Origin: the human T2T-CHM13v2.0 reference genome, Homo sapiens
Length of the DNA: 64,000 nt
Strand: one strand, 5' to 3'
NCBI RefSeq assembly: GCF_009914755.1
Contig: NC_060925.1
The translations under genes were made by a program, and so were the position numbers. Positions within the stretch are counted from its first letter, which is position 1; each line of letters begins with the position of its first letter. Below are positions 1 to 13,214 of the stretch, piece after piece. The notes under the pieces are model-generated. The model saw only the letters and a list, made by a program, of their open reading frames with translations, was not told the DNA's origin and did no database searches.

Positions 1-360
1 CACCCAGTATAGTTAAGCTTTCTACTTGTTTGATATTAATATCTTTTTTTTGGACAAAATTCTGGGTAATGTCATTCCAATTTAGTGATTGTTTCCAGTA
101 GTCTATTAAATCATGTCTATCACTTTAACATACCTTGTTTCCCAGTATTATCTATTTCAGTAGATGCTATAATGAAGTTTTTGAGAGTATGTGTTTACTG
201 ATTGAGGGTTAATAAATGCAAAGCAGATTCCTAGATGTGGAATTAACAGGGCAATGAGAAAAGCATGTCATTTAACATTTTATGAAAGACAGATACTTCT
301 TTTGTTAAAATAATATGTACTATGTCAAGGTATATGTGTATTTAAATAGTCATTTTTTTA

Positions 361-717
<357 letters not shown>

Positions 718-1033
718 TTATTTCCCACATTTTTTCAAGCTCTGGATATTACCACACTTTTCACTATTTACCTATCTGGAAAAGCAAATATCTTTATATT
801 TAAATTTTTATAACCTCAATCATCAGTGAAAACATTTCTAATGTTTATATCACTTGCTTGTAAATCATGCATTTTCCTGTGAACTGTTTCTTCAAGTCAT
901 TACATATTTTTCTTTTACTACAGGTTTTTCTTGCCACTTTTTTGAGAAAAAAATTAAGTAAGGTAGCCTTCAGTTGTCTTGTTGAATTTTTCTACTATTG
1001 TTATTATTTTTTAGACTTTGCTAGTAGTGTTTC

Positions 1034-1342
1034 TTTTTTGTTTTGTTTTGTTTTGCTTTTGAGACAGAGTCTTACTCTGTCACCCAAGCTGGAGTGCAGT
1101 GACACGATCTTGGCTCACTGCAACCTCCGCCTCCCGGGTTCACGCTATTCTTCTGCCTCAACCTCCCGAGTAGCTGGGATTACAGGTGTGCACCACCACA
1201 CCTATGTAATTTTTGTATGTTTAGTAGAGAAGGGGTTTCACTGTGTTGGCCAGGCTAGTTGTGAACTCCTGACCTCAGGTGATCCACCCACCTTGGCCTC
1301 CCAAAGGGCTGGGATTACAGGCATGAGCCACCGCACCTGGCC
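1034..1342 (-). mobile_element. Alu (AluS-like)
   Basis: Reverse-complement Alu with (TTTTG)n tail; flanking direct repeat AGTGTTTCTT. Confidence 0.95.
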
Positions 1343-2004
1343 AAAAGTGTTTCTTAGAGTGTAAATTTTTCTAAATAGGTAATACAATTTATCTATGTTT
1401 TGCTTTTTAACTTTCGAGAATTGCAACTTGGCTTATGATGTATACTTATTCAAGATAATTGGGAAAAAAAGGAAAAATAACTGTCATGCTTTCTGATTGT
1501 AGTCGTATTTTTTAAATGTTTAAATATATAATTTGTAATTTTATATTTTTGGTGTAAGGAATAAAGAAGCGACCCACACTCCCTTCCTCCCACAAATGCC
1601 TTGTCAGTTATCATGATATAGTTATTGTATTTTGAAAGCTTGATTAGATATAAGATAGTTTCTCTTCAGTAGGCTTTTTTTCTTCTGGATTTCTCTGGCT
1701 AGACTTATGGGCTTGTGTTTCTGTTCTGTGTTTGCATGACACTTCACCTTTTTTTTTTAACATATGTAGAAACCTTGACACTCACTGAACTTGTATATGT
1801 TTTATATATTTATATTTCATATTAAAAACTCTCAAAGCATAGCTGTAAACTAAGTAAGGTAGGTTTGATTATTACCATTTTAGATGAGAAAACTGTGAAA
1901 AGACAAATGAGCTTGCTGAGATCTTGTAATTTAGTCTTGTTGGCATAGGGATAATGCAGAGTAGTTTGGAGCTGTAGCCCAAAATGTATGCATGTATTTA
2001 TTTT

Positions 2005-2470
2005 TATTTGTCTTAGTTTGGGAGTACTGTTTTGTTACCTCCGCGTATGGATTTATATTAATTTGCGAGTACTGCTTTTTACCTGCACATACATACTTAT
2101 ATCTATTTATATTAATTTGGGAGTACTGCTTTTTACCTGCACATACATGCTTATATCTATTTATATTAATTTGGGAGTACTGCTTTTTACCTGCACATAC
2201 ATGCTTATATCTATTTATATTAATTTGGGAGTACTGCTTTTTACCTGCACATACATGCTTATATCTATTTATATTAATTTGGGAGTACTGCTTTTTACCT
2301 GCACATACATGCTTATATCTATTTATATTAATTTGGGAGTACTGCTTTTTACCTGCACATACATACTTATATCTATTTATATTAATTTGGGAGTACTGCT
2401 TTTTACCTGCACAAACATGCTTATATCTATTTATATTAATTTGGGGGTACTGCTTTTTAGCTGCATGTAT
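2005..2470. repeat. 54-bp VNTR, about 8.5 copies, apparently grown from an old L1 3' end
   Basis: Unit AATTTGGGAGTACTGCTTTTTACCTGCACATACATGCTTATATCTATTTATATT; GAGTACT-type anchors at 2066, 2120, 2174, 2228, 2282, 2336, 2390 and 2444, plus a degenerate copy at about 2021. Confidence 0.95.
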
Positions 2471-3396
2471 TGCACAGTGGTGAAGTCTTGGCTTTTAATG
2501 CATCCATCACCCAAACACCAGGATGGACCAAGTCTCCCTATATCCATCTGTAAGACTTGTGGTTTGTCTCATCAAATACGCTTTGCTTTGAATGTGATGT
2601 GGTATTAGAGTTGGAACGTGATAGAGGTTTCTGTACATATGCATGAATTTTGCATTACAGTTGTAATATCTGTTACAAAGTTTTTTCAATCTCTTTTATC
2701 CTCTCAAGCAGTATATAGTACTTTGGAAGAAAAACCCATACACTCTATTTGTTCAATACCAGGCCCATTTAAAAGACGGAGAGAAAAAAAGAGATTTTAT
2801 GTGTATTTTGCTTGTCTCTTACATTATTTATCTACTGAGGTAATTTTTAAATTAAATTAAATTCTGAGGTAATTTAAAAATTACCTCAGAAATGGTAACC
2901 CAATGAATGAGGTGTGTCTTTGAGACCAGTAATAGATAAAGTACTCTGTGTGTAAAGAGTATTTCCTAAATACTATTGATGGATTATTTTGAGGCTCCAT
3001 TTTGAGTCCTTGAGGTTTTTGGCAGGAGCCTAGGGACTGGAGTCTCTAGAAAAATTCATGGTTTGGCCACAGCAGGATTTGCCTTCACTTCACTGGATTT
3101 GGAGGCAGTGCTACTGGTGGTTTAGATTGCACACTCTCAGCTACATTGCCGGGGTTCAGAATCAGCTCTGTGTCTTCCTACATATCACAGTTTGCTCAAC
3201 ACACATGTGTTTCAGTTTCCTTTTCTATAAGTTGGGAGCTAATAATAATAGTGCAACTCCATGTAACTGTTGGGGTTGAATGAATAAAATAAATATAAAA
3301 AGCAGAGAAGAATGCTTAGCTTCTAGTAAGTTCTCCCTTAATATCAGCTGTTCTTATTATTATTAGGATTGATATTTCTGTTCAGCTGCAGTAGAG

Positions 3397-4341
3397 ATGG
3401 ATGGAACCAATGGCAGCACCCAAACCCATTTCATCCTACTGGGATTCTCTGACCGACCCCATCTGGAGAGGATCCTCTTTGTGGTCATCCTGATCGCGTA
3501 CCTCCTGACCCTCGTAGGCAACACCACCATCATCCTGGTGTCCCGGCTGGACCCCCACCTCCACACCCCCATGTACTTCTTCCTCGCCCACCTTTCCTTC
3601 CTGGACCTCAGTTTCACCACCAGCTCCATCCCCCAGCTGCTCTACAACCTTAATGGATGTGACAAGACCATCAGCTACATGGGCTGTGCCATCCAGCTCT
3701 TCCTGTTCCTGGGTCTGGGTGGTGTGGAGTGCCTGCTTCTGGCTGTCATGGCCTATGACCGGTGTGTGGCTATCTGCAAGCCCCTGCACTACATGGTGAT
3801 CATGAACCCCAGGCTCTGCCGGGGCTTGGTGTCAGTGACCTGGGGCTGTGGGGTGGCCAACTCCTTGGCCATGTCTCCTGTGACCCTGCGCTTACCCCGC
3901 TGTGGGCACCACGAGGTGGACCACTTCCTGTGTGAGATGCCCGCCCTGATCCGGATGGCCTGCATCAGCACTGTGGCCATCGACGGCACCGTCTTTGTCC
4001 TGGCGGTGGGTGTTGTGCTGTCCCCCTTGGTGTTTATCCTGCTCTCTTACAGCTACATTGTGAGGGCTGTGTTACAAATTCGGTCAGCATCAGGAAGGCA
4101 GAAGGCCTTCGGCACCTGCGGCTCCCATCTCACTGTGGTCTCCCTTTTCTATGGAAACATCATCTACATGTACATGCAGCCAGGAGCCAGTTCTTCCCAG
4201 GACCAGGGCAAGTTCCTCACGCTCTTCTACAACATTGTCACCCCCCTCCTCAATCCTCTCATCTACACCCTCAGAAACAGAGAGGTGAAGGGGGCACTGG
4301 GAAGGTTGCTTCTGGGGAAGAGAGAGCTAGGAAAGGAGTAA
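3397..4341 (+). CDS. OR2W3: Olfactory receptor 2W3, intact, 314 aa
   Basis: Single-exon 7TM ORF with GN, LHTPMYFFL, MAYDRCVAIC, HFLCE, KAFGTCGSH and PLLNPLIY motifs; termini MDGTNGSTQTH and GKRELGKE recognised as OR2W3. Confidence 0.96.
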   Translation: MDGTNGSTQTHFILLGFSDRPHLERILFVVILIAYLLTLVGNTTIILVSRLDPHLHTPMYFFLAHLSFLDLSFTTSSIPQLLYNLNGCDKTISYMGCAIQLFLFLGLGGVECLLLAVMAYDRCVAICKPLHYMVIMNPRLCRGLVSVTWGCGVANSLAMSPVTLRLPRCGHHEVDHFLCEMPALIRMACISTVAIDGTVFVLAVGVVLSPLVFILLSYSYIVRAVLQIRSASGRQKAFGTCGSHLTVVSLFYGNIIYMYMQPGASSSQDQGKFLTLFYNIVTPLLNPLIYTLRNREVKGALGRLLLGKRELGKE

Positions 4342-4483
4342 AGGCATCTCCACCTGACTTCACCTCCATCCAGGGCCACTGGCAGCATCTGGAACGGCTG
4401 AATTCCAGCTGATATTAGCCCACGACTCCCAACTTGCCTTTTTCTGGACTTTTGTGAGGCTGTTTCAGTTCTGACATTATGTG

Positions 4484-4787
4484 TTTTTGTTGTTGCTCTT
4501 AAAATTGAGACGGGGTCTCACTCTGTCACCTAGGGTGGAGTGCAGTGGTGCCACCATAGCTCCTTCGACTATTGGGCTTAAGCGATCCTCCCCCACCTCA
4601 GCCTTCCAAGTAACTGGGACTACAGGTGTGCATCACTGGCAGTGGGAATTGTGGCTTTTCTGTCTTCTATGGAGACGGGGTCTTGCTGTGTTGACCAGGC
4701 TGGTCCCAAACTCCTGGCCTCATGTGATCCTCCTGCCATGGCCTCCTAAAGTTCTGGGATTACAAGTGTGAGTCACTGTGACTGGCC
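4484..4787 (-). mobile_element. Old Alu (AluJ-like) just 3' of OR2W3
   Basis: Diverged reverse-complement Alu; TSD ACATTATGTG on both sides. Confidence 0.9.
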
Positions 4788-6132
4788 AACATTATGTGAT
4801 TTATGTGTGAACTATATAACACAAATCATCCCCAAAACCCATCATGATCTGTAAAGCAGCTGCAAAGAATGAAGTGAGAGAAACAGTTGTAAAGATGAGT
4901 TTCCACCTACTTATACCAGAGTGCTAAGAGGAAATAACTCTTCTCAATCAGAGCTTTGCTTTGTTTGTTGTTGTTTGCTTTAAAGTCTAACACACCTGAC
5001 ATGTTTCAGTCAGAATGACCCCAAATGCATCACTGTTCTCCACGTGGTCCAAGTGCCTCTCTGTTTAGGGCCATCAAATCATGGAATGCAGCACAGTTTG
5101 ATATTTTCTATATTCCCAATTCCTACCCAAACCTTTTCATGAAATCGTAGAGTTTGTTTTACCCTTTATCTGGTGTAAGATTCTGCATAAACCAAGAAGT
5201 GAACCTGTAAGTTATGATGCATGGGTTGTTTAAATCTTAAAGCATCATTCTTTCTCAGGCATGTTTTTTTCATTATTAGTAAGAAGAACCTGACATTGGT
5301 TTAGTCCCTTCTGTGTACCAGACGCTCCTAAGTCATGCAACCTCAGTATTTGTATGAGGTCAGCATGATTATCATTATTCCCATTTTATCTCCCTGGTCC
5401 TTGAGATCTGAAGGTTAAATCTTTTGCTTGAGGGGAACTGAACCAGGGTTTTTTCCAAGTTCTGTCAGACTCCCGATTCATATGGTTTCTATTGCATCAT
5501 GAAATTTCAAAGAGCAAAAATCCTTAAGCATTTGGCACACAATGTCAAAGACCCTTTGGGGCTAAGGGGCATGACTGGCTACTGTTCCTTACACATTGCG
5601 GTCCTCAGTGTGTCCCACTAACATGCCCTCCAGTTATCTGAGGTCTTGTTCCAATGCAATTCCAATTCAGCTGGTGATAAGAGGGGTCTGAGTTTCTGCG
5701 ACTCTGCAAACCTCCCAGGTGATGTCCCTACTTTGGGGACTCGGACTACATTTTAAGGACCCAGGAAGTATATCACCCCCTGCTCTTGTTCCGGGCATTT
5801 GGAGGGTGGACACATTCTGGAAAAAGTTGGGAGAGTGTTCATAGACCAAGGGCGAACACAAGGTGAGAGGGAGTGGTGTGAAAGGCCAGCTGAGGGGTGG
5901 TCCTCATTCCTCTGCCGTTGCTCCTGTGCTCGGCTCCCTCCTCCTCCACAAGTGTATTTCTGCGCTCTTTTGTATCCTCCTCACCTCCACACCTCACATC
6001 TAAAGTCACCAGCCCCAGGGCATTGTGTAAGTGTAAACAAACCAGAGCCCCAGAGAGGGGGATTCCTGTGCTTCCAGAGCACCCCCTCTGACTATTCAAG
6101 GATGCTGTTTGTAAGAAGTACTGATGTGGATG

Positions 6133-6585
6133 TGTAGTAGGAAGAGCCGCAGACAAAACTCCTCAGACACCGAGTTAGAGAAGGAAGGGGTTTATTCGAC
6201 CAGGGGCATCGGCAAGACTCCTGTCTCAAGAGCCGAGCTCCCCAAGTGAGCAATTCCTGTCCCTTTTAAGGGCTCACAACTCTAAGGGGGTGCGCGTGAG
6301 AGGGTCGTGATCGATTGAGCAAGTAGGGGGTACGTGACTGGGGGCTGGTAATTAGATCGGAACAAAACAGGACAGGGATTTTCACAGTGCTTTTCTATAC
6401 AATGTCTGTAATCTATAGATGACATAACCGATTACGTCAGGGGTCAATCTTTAACTACCAGGCCCAGGGTGTGGTGCTGGGCTGTCTGCTTGTGGATTTG
6501 ATATTTGCCTTTTAGTTTTTACTTTTTTTTTCTTTGGAGGCAGAAATTGGGCATAAGACAATATGAGGGGTGGTCTACTCCCTTA
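6133..6585 (-). mobile_element. 3' LTR (LTR2)
   Basis: On the - strand begins TAAGGGAGTAGACCACCCCTCATATTGTC, ends CTACA, contains AATAAA; preceded by PPT TCTCAAAGGGGGGAA (6586-6600). Confidence 0.93.
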
Positions 6586-6871
6586 TTCCCCCCTTTGAGA
6601 GTCTCACTCAATAGTGGGAGTTCTCACTTTCATTTTTACTACCCATGTCTTCTGGCAAGACAGATCAATAGTGATTCATATAGTACACTTGTGCTGAAGC
6701 TTTTGGTGAACTAAGGTAGTGATGAAGCTTTTTATCATTTGAAGAAGTACAGGTAGCAAACAAAGGAGCAGTAAGTAGGTTCCTATTACTATTATAACTC
6801 TTATTATAAGAGTTTTAAATCCTCCTAGCTCTGGGAACCATTTTCTAAACATGGCCCCAGGATCAAATCCG

Positions 6872-7153
6872 TCACACTTGCATGGGCACGTGTGCCAGTT
6901 TTGTCATATCTCTAACTATGTCTTCAAATACTTGCCCTTGATTATCTATGTGTAGGCAGCAATTAATAAGGTTAAATTTCCTACAGACTTCTCCTTCAGC
7001 TGCTAGCAAGTAGTCAAGAGCCAATCTGTTTTGATAGATAGCATTTCTCATCTGAGTTTCTTGCTGGGTCAGAATGGTCAAGGCTCTGCCGGTTTTATTA
7101 GTGATTATTTTTAAGACAGCTTGTAACCATATGATTTGGTTGATCATGTACAT
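6872..7153 (-). pseudogene. ERV env TM remnant with immunosuppressive domain
   Basis: [18 protein letters not shown]...CC (ISD plus CX6CC) typical of gammaretroviral-type TM. Confidence 0.88.
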
Positions 7154-8816
7154 GTGGGTCCGGTATCCTCATGAGCCGTCTTGTACCTAAGTAGCAGGCC
7201 CATAATATTGCACGATTCTCTTAGGGGGCCATTTATCATTTTTTCAATTTCTTATAGCTATGCTTCTCTTTTCATGGGAAGCATAGACAGGGAAGCCCAG
7301 GAGTTTGCCTGTTTTTATGGGCGGTAGGAAGAAAGATGGTTTAATAGTGCCAATAACACAACTACCTGCCTACTGGTCAGGTAATTTGGCATAAGCTCTA
7401 TGCCTACATATCCAGTATAATCCAGTGGGGGCCGTCCAGTCCCGGTGGGACTCCAGGTGGGTCCACACGGTCTGCAACTTTGGGAATTTATGAAATGGAT
7501 TTCTCTCTGTGTGATTTGAACTCCACCAAGTGACTGTTTTTGTGGTACCATTATACAGTTTCTGTCTCCGACAACTAAGTCATCCTACAGGGTGAGTAAA
7601 TTCTTTTCCTTCTCTAGCTATGCAATATTGTCCAATAATTGAGGCGTTTAGGACCTAGAAATTATCAGGGTGATTCTTTTGAGCCGGGAATTCATCAGGA
7701 ACTGGGTCTGTAGGTACTAATTCTCGGGCTTCCCATGGCCATTGATCTCCCATTACAGTTCCTCCACATACATAATGTGAAGTGACATTGAGAGACTGGG
7801 CTACATGCTTGGCTAATTGCAAAAACAAATTTCATGTTTTTCCTGGAATTTCTGGTACTGGCACATTTAGTTCATCATAGAAAGTTTGAAACGCTGGCTC
7901 AGGAGAGCGTTTGTAAACTTCTCCTCGAACCAAGATATTTACTCAAGGATCCAGTCCGGCCCCGTCAATTCCTAAGGTCGCACGCTCCTCTTTTTCCCAG
8001 CGAGGATCGAGGGGCTTGGTTATTACTAGCTCTAAGGGGTTACATTGTCCCTTAGTACAGGAAGGGCCATTTTTTCCTTTCTGAAGGTGGACTGGATCCT
8101 TCTCATTTTTTTTTTTTTATCCAAGTGGCCTAAAGGACACAAGACCAGTGTTTACATTTATTTCCACACAGCCCTAATTTATGACAGATGTACTTATTTT
8201 CTGCCGTATAGCCTCTTTTCTAATTAAGAGAACCACACCTTATTCCTAACTTATTACTATTAATGACAGCACAGGCATCAAATTTTAAGGTGACTTGTTT
8301 GGGCACCCCTTTTTCTTCTGTTTTGGCTAACACTTTACTCGTATCGTTTATGAGCCCCCACCAGTCCTCAGTCCTTAATCTTATTTTAAAAACTGTGGTC
8401 ATGGGAGGCTCAGATGGGTCATAACACATATCAGATTGGTCATTTCCTGGGCTACATACCTTGTATAGAATAACATTATACAAACAAGTTCTTTTTAGAG
8501 TTCCAGTACACTTATAATAACCATAAAATAATAGGACTGTAGCAACCTTTTATCCTACCTCAGCGACTTGATGTATGCACTGGGAACAGCCCCAGTCTGA
8601 GGAAGGTCAGTTGAAGTCCTTACTGTACAAGTCCAAATTTTAAGGAAAATGAGTCCCGCGATGAGTTTCCTCATGCTTCAGCCATGCGTGGACCAGTCAG
8701 CTTCCAGGTGTGACTGGAGCAGGGCTGGTCGTCTTCTTCAGAGTCACTTTGCAGGGGTTGGCGAAGCTACTCCCATCCACATACAGCTCACAGTCTACTG
8801 ATGTTTAAGGATGGTC

Positions 8817-9239
8817 TCAGAGGTTAGGCCTGCTAGAATAAACTGAGTCCAACACCTCTATACAGTTATGTTCAGCTGGGCTCTCTGATACCGGGAGCAA
8901 GGTGGTGGGGTTTAGGGTGTTGCAAACTTCAATGGTTATGTGGGGATTTTCACATAGCGAGCTTTGGTACTTGGTTAATCTAGCCTTTGTTAACCAATGA
9001 TGTCCTTCTGTATTTATTAAAGTTACCACAGCATGGGGGGCCTTTATATCCAGGTTTTGCCTAAGGGTTAGTTTATCTGCTTCTTGTGCTAACAGGGCCC
9101 TTGCTGCTAGGGCCCTTAGACCTGGGGGCCAGGCTTTGGAAGCCCTGTCTAGTTGTTTTGAGAGATAGGCCACTGGCCTTGGCCAGGGCCCCACAGTCTG
9201 GGTTAAAACTTCAACTGCCATTTTTTCTCTTTCTGACAC
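8817..9239 (-). pseudogene. ERV pol remnant (RT connection/tether before RNase H)
   Basis: VLTQTVGPWPRPVAYLSKQLD...HWLT...LNPTTLLP motifs of gamma-like pol. Confidence 0.88.
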
Positions 9240-9417
9240 ATAGAGCGTAGAGTTTTGTCAGGTCAGGTGGCCTCAGGGCTGGGGCTGACGTGAGTTTTTC
9301 TTTTAACTCATGAAAAGCTTGTTGCTGTTGGTTGTAATAGATGTAGTTTATCTAAACTACATTTTTCTTAACTGTCACCCACCAAAATATTGACTTAAAT
9401 CCTGCAGCTGTTTGATT

Positions 9418-10650
9418 TCAAGCTTTAAATTGATCTGCTATTCTTCGTGGGACTCCAGTTGCATTTAAATAGACACGAGAGTCGAAAGACCCATAAGGGG
9501 CTTCTCTCGCTTTACAGTGTCTTATTTTTTTTCCTTCTGGTTGATGAAATGCCAGGGTGAAAGGGATAGCCAATTGGACTAAAGCACAAGTGCCACTCCA
9601 GTTATTCAGCAGAGTGCCCAGTAAAGGTCCACCACAATACCACCACACATCCGCTCAGGGATGAACAAGGGCTGACTGATTGATAAGCTCTCGAAAATTC
9701 TTAAGCTCACTGCATCCTTTCAGGTATCCAAGGAATGCTAAGTTTCCTCCCTGTCGTGAGAGACACGAAATGAACTTAGTGTTGGAAGACGGAAGCTGGA
9801 TGGCCCTCGGGGGCTGACCCTCAGGGTGCTGGACTTTGGGATATAGCAGAGAGAGCTTGGCACGTCTTGTTACTCCAGGCTGTAGAATCCTGGAAAAGAG
9901 CTACCATGCAGCCCACGCCTGGTCGACTGGAGGACCACCTTAGTGGAAAGGGGACAATCTGGGCCTCTGGCCTGCCATGTGCACGAGCATAACAATTGCT
10001 TTTGTTTAACGTGCAGATGGAATATTTGATCCATTTTAACTAGGCATTTGCATCGTGGTATCCTGTCTTAATTGCTAAAGTTTGTTTTAAGTCTTTAACT
10101 TCTATAATCCTCTAGTAAAATGAATGTATGGTTTTAGGAAATTACAAAAACTGGTTGGGGCAGTCCATCCTTGCTCTTTAGTGGTCCACAGAACATTGGA
10201 CCAACTATGGCAGGGAAGCTCTACATCGGGGGGCAAGACTCCTGGTTGGCACTGGGGTGTTTATCGAAATCTCCCGGGATTAAATGGTCCTAGTTTACTA
10301 ACGCCCAGTCTGAGGAGAGTCAGGGGGACAGAAGTGCTTTTCGGAAGTAGAGAGCTGTCTTTGACTTGGCAAGTCCCCACAGGGTATAAAAGGGCAAGCA
10401 TTAAATGCAATAGTTTGAGGCAAAATTGACTTGGTTATGTTAATAACTAGAGGGTCAGCAATAGAGCGCAGAAAGAAGAAAGAGTAATAGATGAAAAGCG
10501 TTAGATTTTTCTTAGCTTTAGTTTGGTAGGGTTTTCCTCTGGGACTATGGCCCACAACTCTGTGGCGGGGGGTGGCACTTTCTTGACTGGGTGTGATGAG
10601 TCCATCCTTTTTTGCTGTATGAGCAGCTGTCTTGGTGGTTAGCAGCACAA
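9418..10650 (-). pseudogene. Second, different ERV env (SU-like) remnant
   Basis: WWYCGGPLLGTLLNNWSGTCALVQLAIPFTLAF and VINIT..PQTIAFNAC segments; resemble HERV-I/IP-type env (recall). Confidence 0.7.
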
Positions 10651-13214
10651 GGTAGGGTCCTTCCTAGGCTGACTCGAGTTTTTCTTCTTTCCACCTTTCG
10701 ATGAGAACGTGATCTTCAGGCTGGTGCTGGTTTACTGGAAATTCTGGGGGTAGTACCTGTGCTAAAAGACTTTTAGTTTTTTTTGCGAGAAAGGAAAGTG
10801 GAAGATAAACCAAGTATATAGTTTTTAAGAGATTGACCTTTTGTTTTAAATGTGGGGACCTTGGCAGTGGACTTTATAATACTTAGTGCCTTTTTACTGA
10901 GAAATTTCCTTTAGCACCTATTTTTATTAGTTTTTAAACCAAAGAAAACCAAATACCATTTTACGTTTAACAATGCTTCTCATATGATTTTTATACTAGA
11001 TAAGCTAAATTTTATCTTTATATTAGTGTGTTATTAATGTTAAACCTAATTTTAATAAAACCTAGTAGACATTTATTTAATTTTTAATGTTTGACCATAA
11101 GGTAAGATTTTATAGACTCTTTTTAACCTTCTATAATTTTTGCTAAAGAGCAGGTTGGTGCTTTAAGAAAAACTTGTTATGCTTTTACTTTAATGTCCAG
11201 TTCACAGAAAAACTGGATGATACTTCTTTAACTTTAGCTAATATGTTTACACACATAATTTTCTTTATAACTAATGTTTTAAAACTTGCTTAAACCTTCA
11301 AAACAATAATTTTTTAAACTTTTTAATGTAGGTAAAAATGTACATTCTTATGCCTCATAATCCTTTTACTAAAGGTATATTTTACTTATACACCTTGGAC
11401 ATAAACTGTTTTTTTTTTCAATAGTTTTACATTCAGGAGGCCTAGTTACTTTTAAATTATATAACGTTTTTTGCATAAGTTCTTTTTTTAACACACTTTT
11501 AAAAATAACCTTTTTTTTTTCTTTCATGACTTTTACAGGCAATTTTTCGACATGCCTTAACTTTCTGACTTATTACAAACATTTCTTTCTTTAAACAACC
11601 AGTTAATATATTTCAGGACAAGAATTTACCATATAACACTCTTTTTATATGAATTCCGCCCCCACCCTTTTTTTCCCCGAAGATGATAACCATTCTTTTC
11701 CAAAGCGAACCTTTTTTTATGTCTGTGAACTAGACTGTCTACGGCCACAAGAATAGAAGTTACTATCATACATGTTACACTATTAACTTTCAGCAAACTT
11801 TACTTTTGTTGAAAACCTTGTAAGTCTGGGATTTTAATTATCCTTTGCTATTAATAAGACCTTGTCTTGTCCAAATTAGAATTGGTATAGATGGCTTTTT
11901 TTTTTTTTTTTCAATTACCCAGAAGGAACCATAGATCGTCCTGTCCTGAAGGGAGTTCCTCCTAGGTTTGGTCAGACCTTCGTATGGTAATTAAGATTTA
12001 GATCCCATTAGGAAACCTGCTGGGTTAAGGGAATTTTCAGCAGTCAATGTTAAATCGTCTTTCTTTCTTTCTCTCTTTGACTTTGTCTCTCTCTCTTTCA
12101 CTTTCCTTTTGCCTCTGTCTCTTTCTCTCTCTCTCTCTGTCTCTCTCTTTCTTTCTCTTTCTCCCTCTCTCCTTGGCTCCTTCTTTATCTGTCTCTTCCT
12201 CTCTCTCTTTTCCTCTTTTCCTCTCTGTCTCTTTCCGTTCTCTCTCTGCTGGTCTTTCCTTGCCTCTGCCAGTCGCTTATGCTGCTGTTCTCTCAACCAC
12301 TGTGTGTTGGGGGCGTGGGGTCTAAAACCAGCTGTAATCAAGTGTCTATGTATGGGAACTGGTCTGGATGCCTTGGCTTACAGGTTACCTTGTGCCATAC
12401 CTTTGAAACAGGGGACCTGTACAGGCTTCCTTCTAATGGCCAACCTACCTCTAATGCTGGCCAGTCTATCTTACATAAAGTTTTAAGTTTTCCTGGTGTC
12501 ATAGTACTCCATAGTCTCCCTTAAATCCTTTTTTTGAAATTTTTCAACATAGTTCCTAGTGGGGTGGGCTTACTTTATGCCTCACTCATGTTTCCTCGAG
12601 ACAAAATACCACGCTCACACCACATGCACACCACAAAACAAAGAACGGGTAAAAAGGGCACACACACACTTTTGTAGTTTACACCAAACCAAAATCAAAA
12701 CCAAAATCAGAGTATCCAGAAATCCAAGCCAGGTCAATACCAAAACCAAAGTATCAAGCAATCCAATTCAAGTCAGAAACAAAAACCAAAGTGCCGGTAC
12801 AGGCATGTCGTGGGTGATCAGGTCACGCTTCCACTCAAATGGAGTGGGCAAGTTCCCAAGACCAGTCCTGTCAAGCAATTTAAACCAAGTCAAAACCAAA
12901 ATCAAAACCAAAGTGCCAGTACGGGCATGCCGTGGGTGATCAGGCCACGCTTCCACTCAAATGGAGTGGGCAAGTTCCCAAGACTAGTCTTACCAAGTTT
13001 CAGATGTCCAGACTCCAAGTACCAGTTCCTTCCTGGTGTTCAGCCACTGCGCTGATCCTCCACAGGGGCCTGCCACACACTACTCTGGCGAGGCGTCCCA
13101 TTGCGCTCTCAGGATCCGTGTCGCTCGGGCTGGTCAGAGTCCCCCACAAGGATGTTCCACAGGGCAGGCTTAAGCTCCTTAGGAGCTGCCTCAACCATCT
13201 GCCAATCACCTTGC

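Noticed and set aside
2005-2470. Possible CRISPR-like array
   Set aside because: Head-to-tail repeats without unique spacers, in human DNA, with no cas genes
1988-2608. 206-aa and 163-aa hydrophobic repeat ORFs
   Set aside because: By-product of a stop-free 54-bp (multiple of 3) VNTR; no gene context
3436-3989. Antisense ORFs within the OR genes (also 41626-42271)
   Set aside because: Shadow ORFs arising from the codon bias of the sense CDS
6872-8483. Domesticated syncytin-like env
   Set aside because: env is fragmented by stops and frameshifts; only short remnants are open
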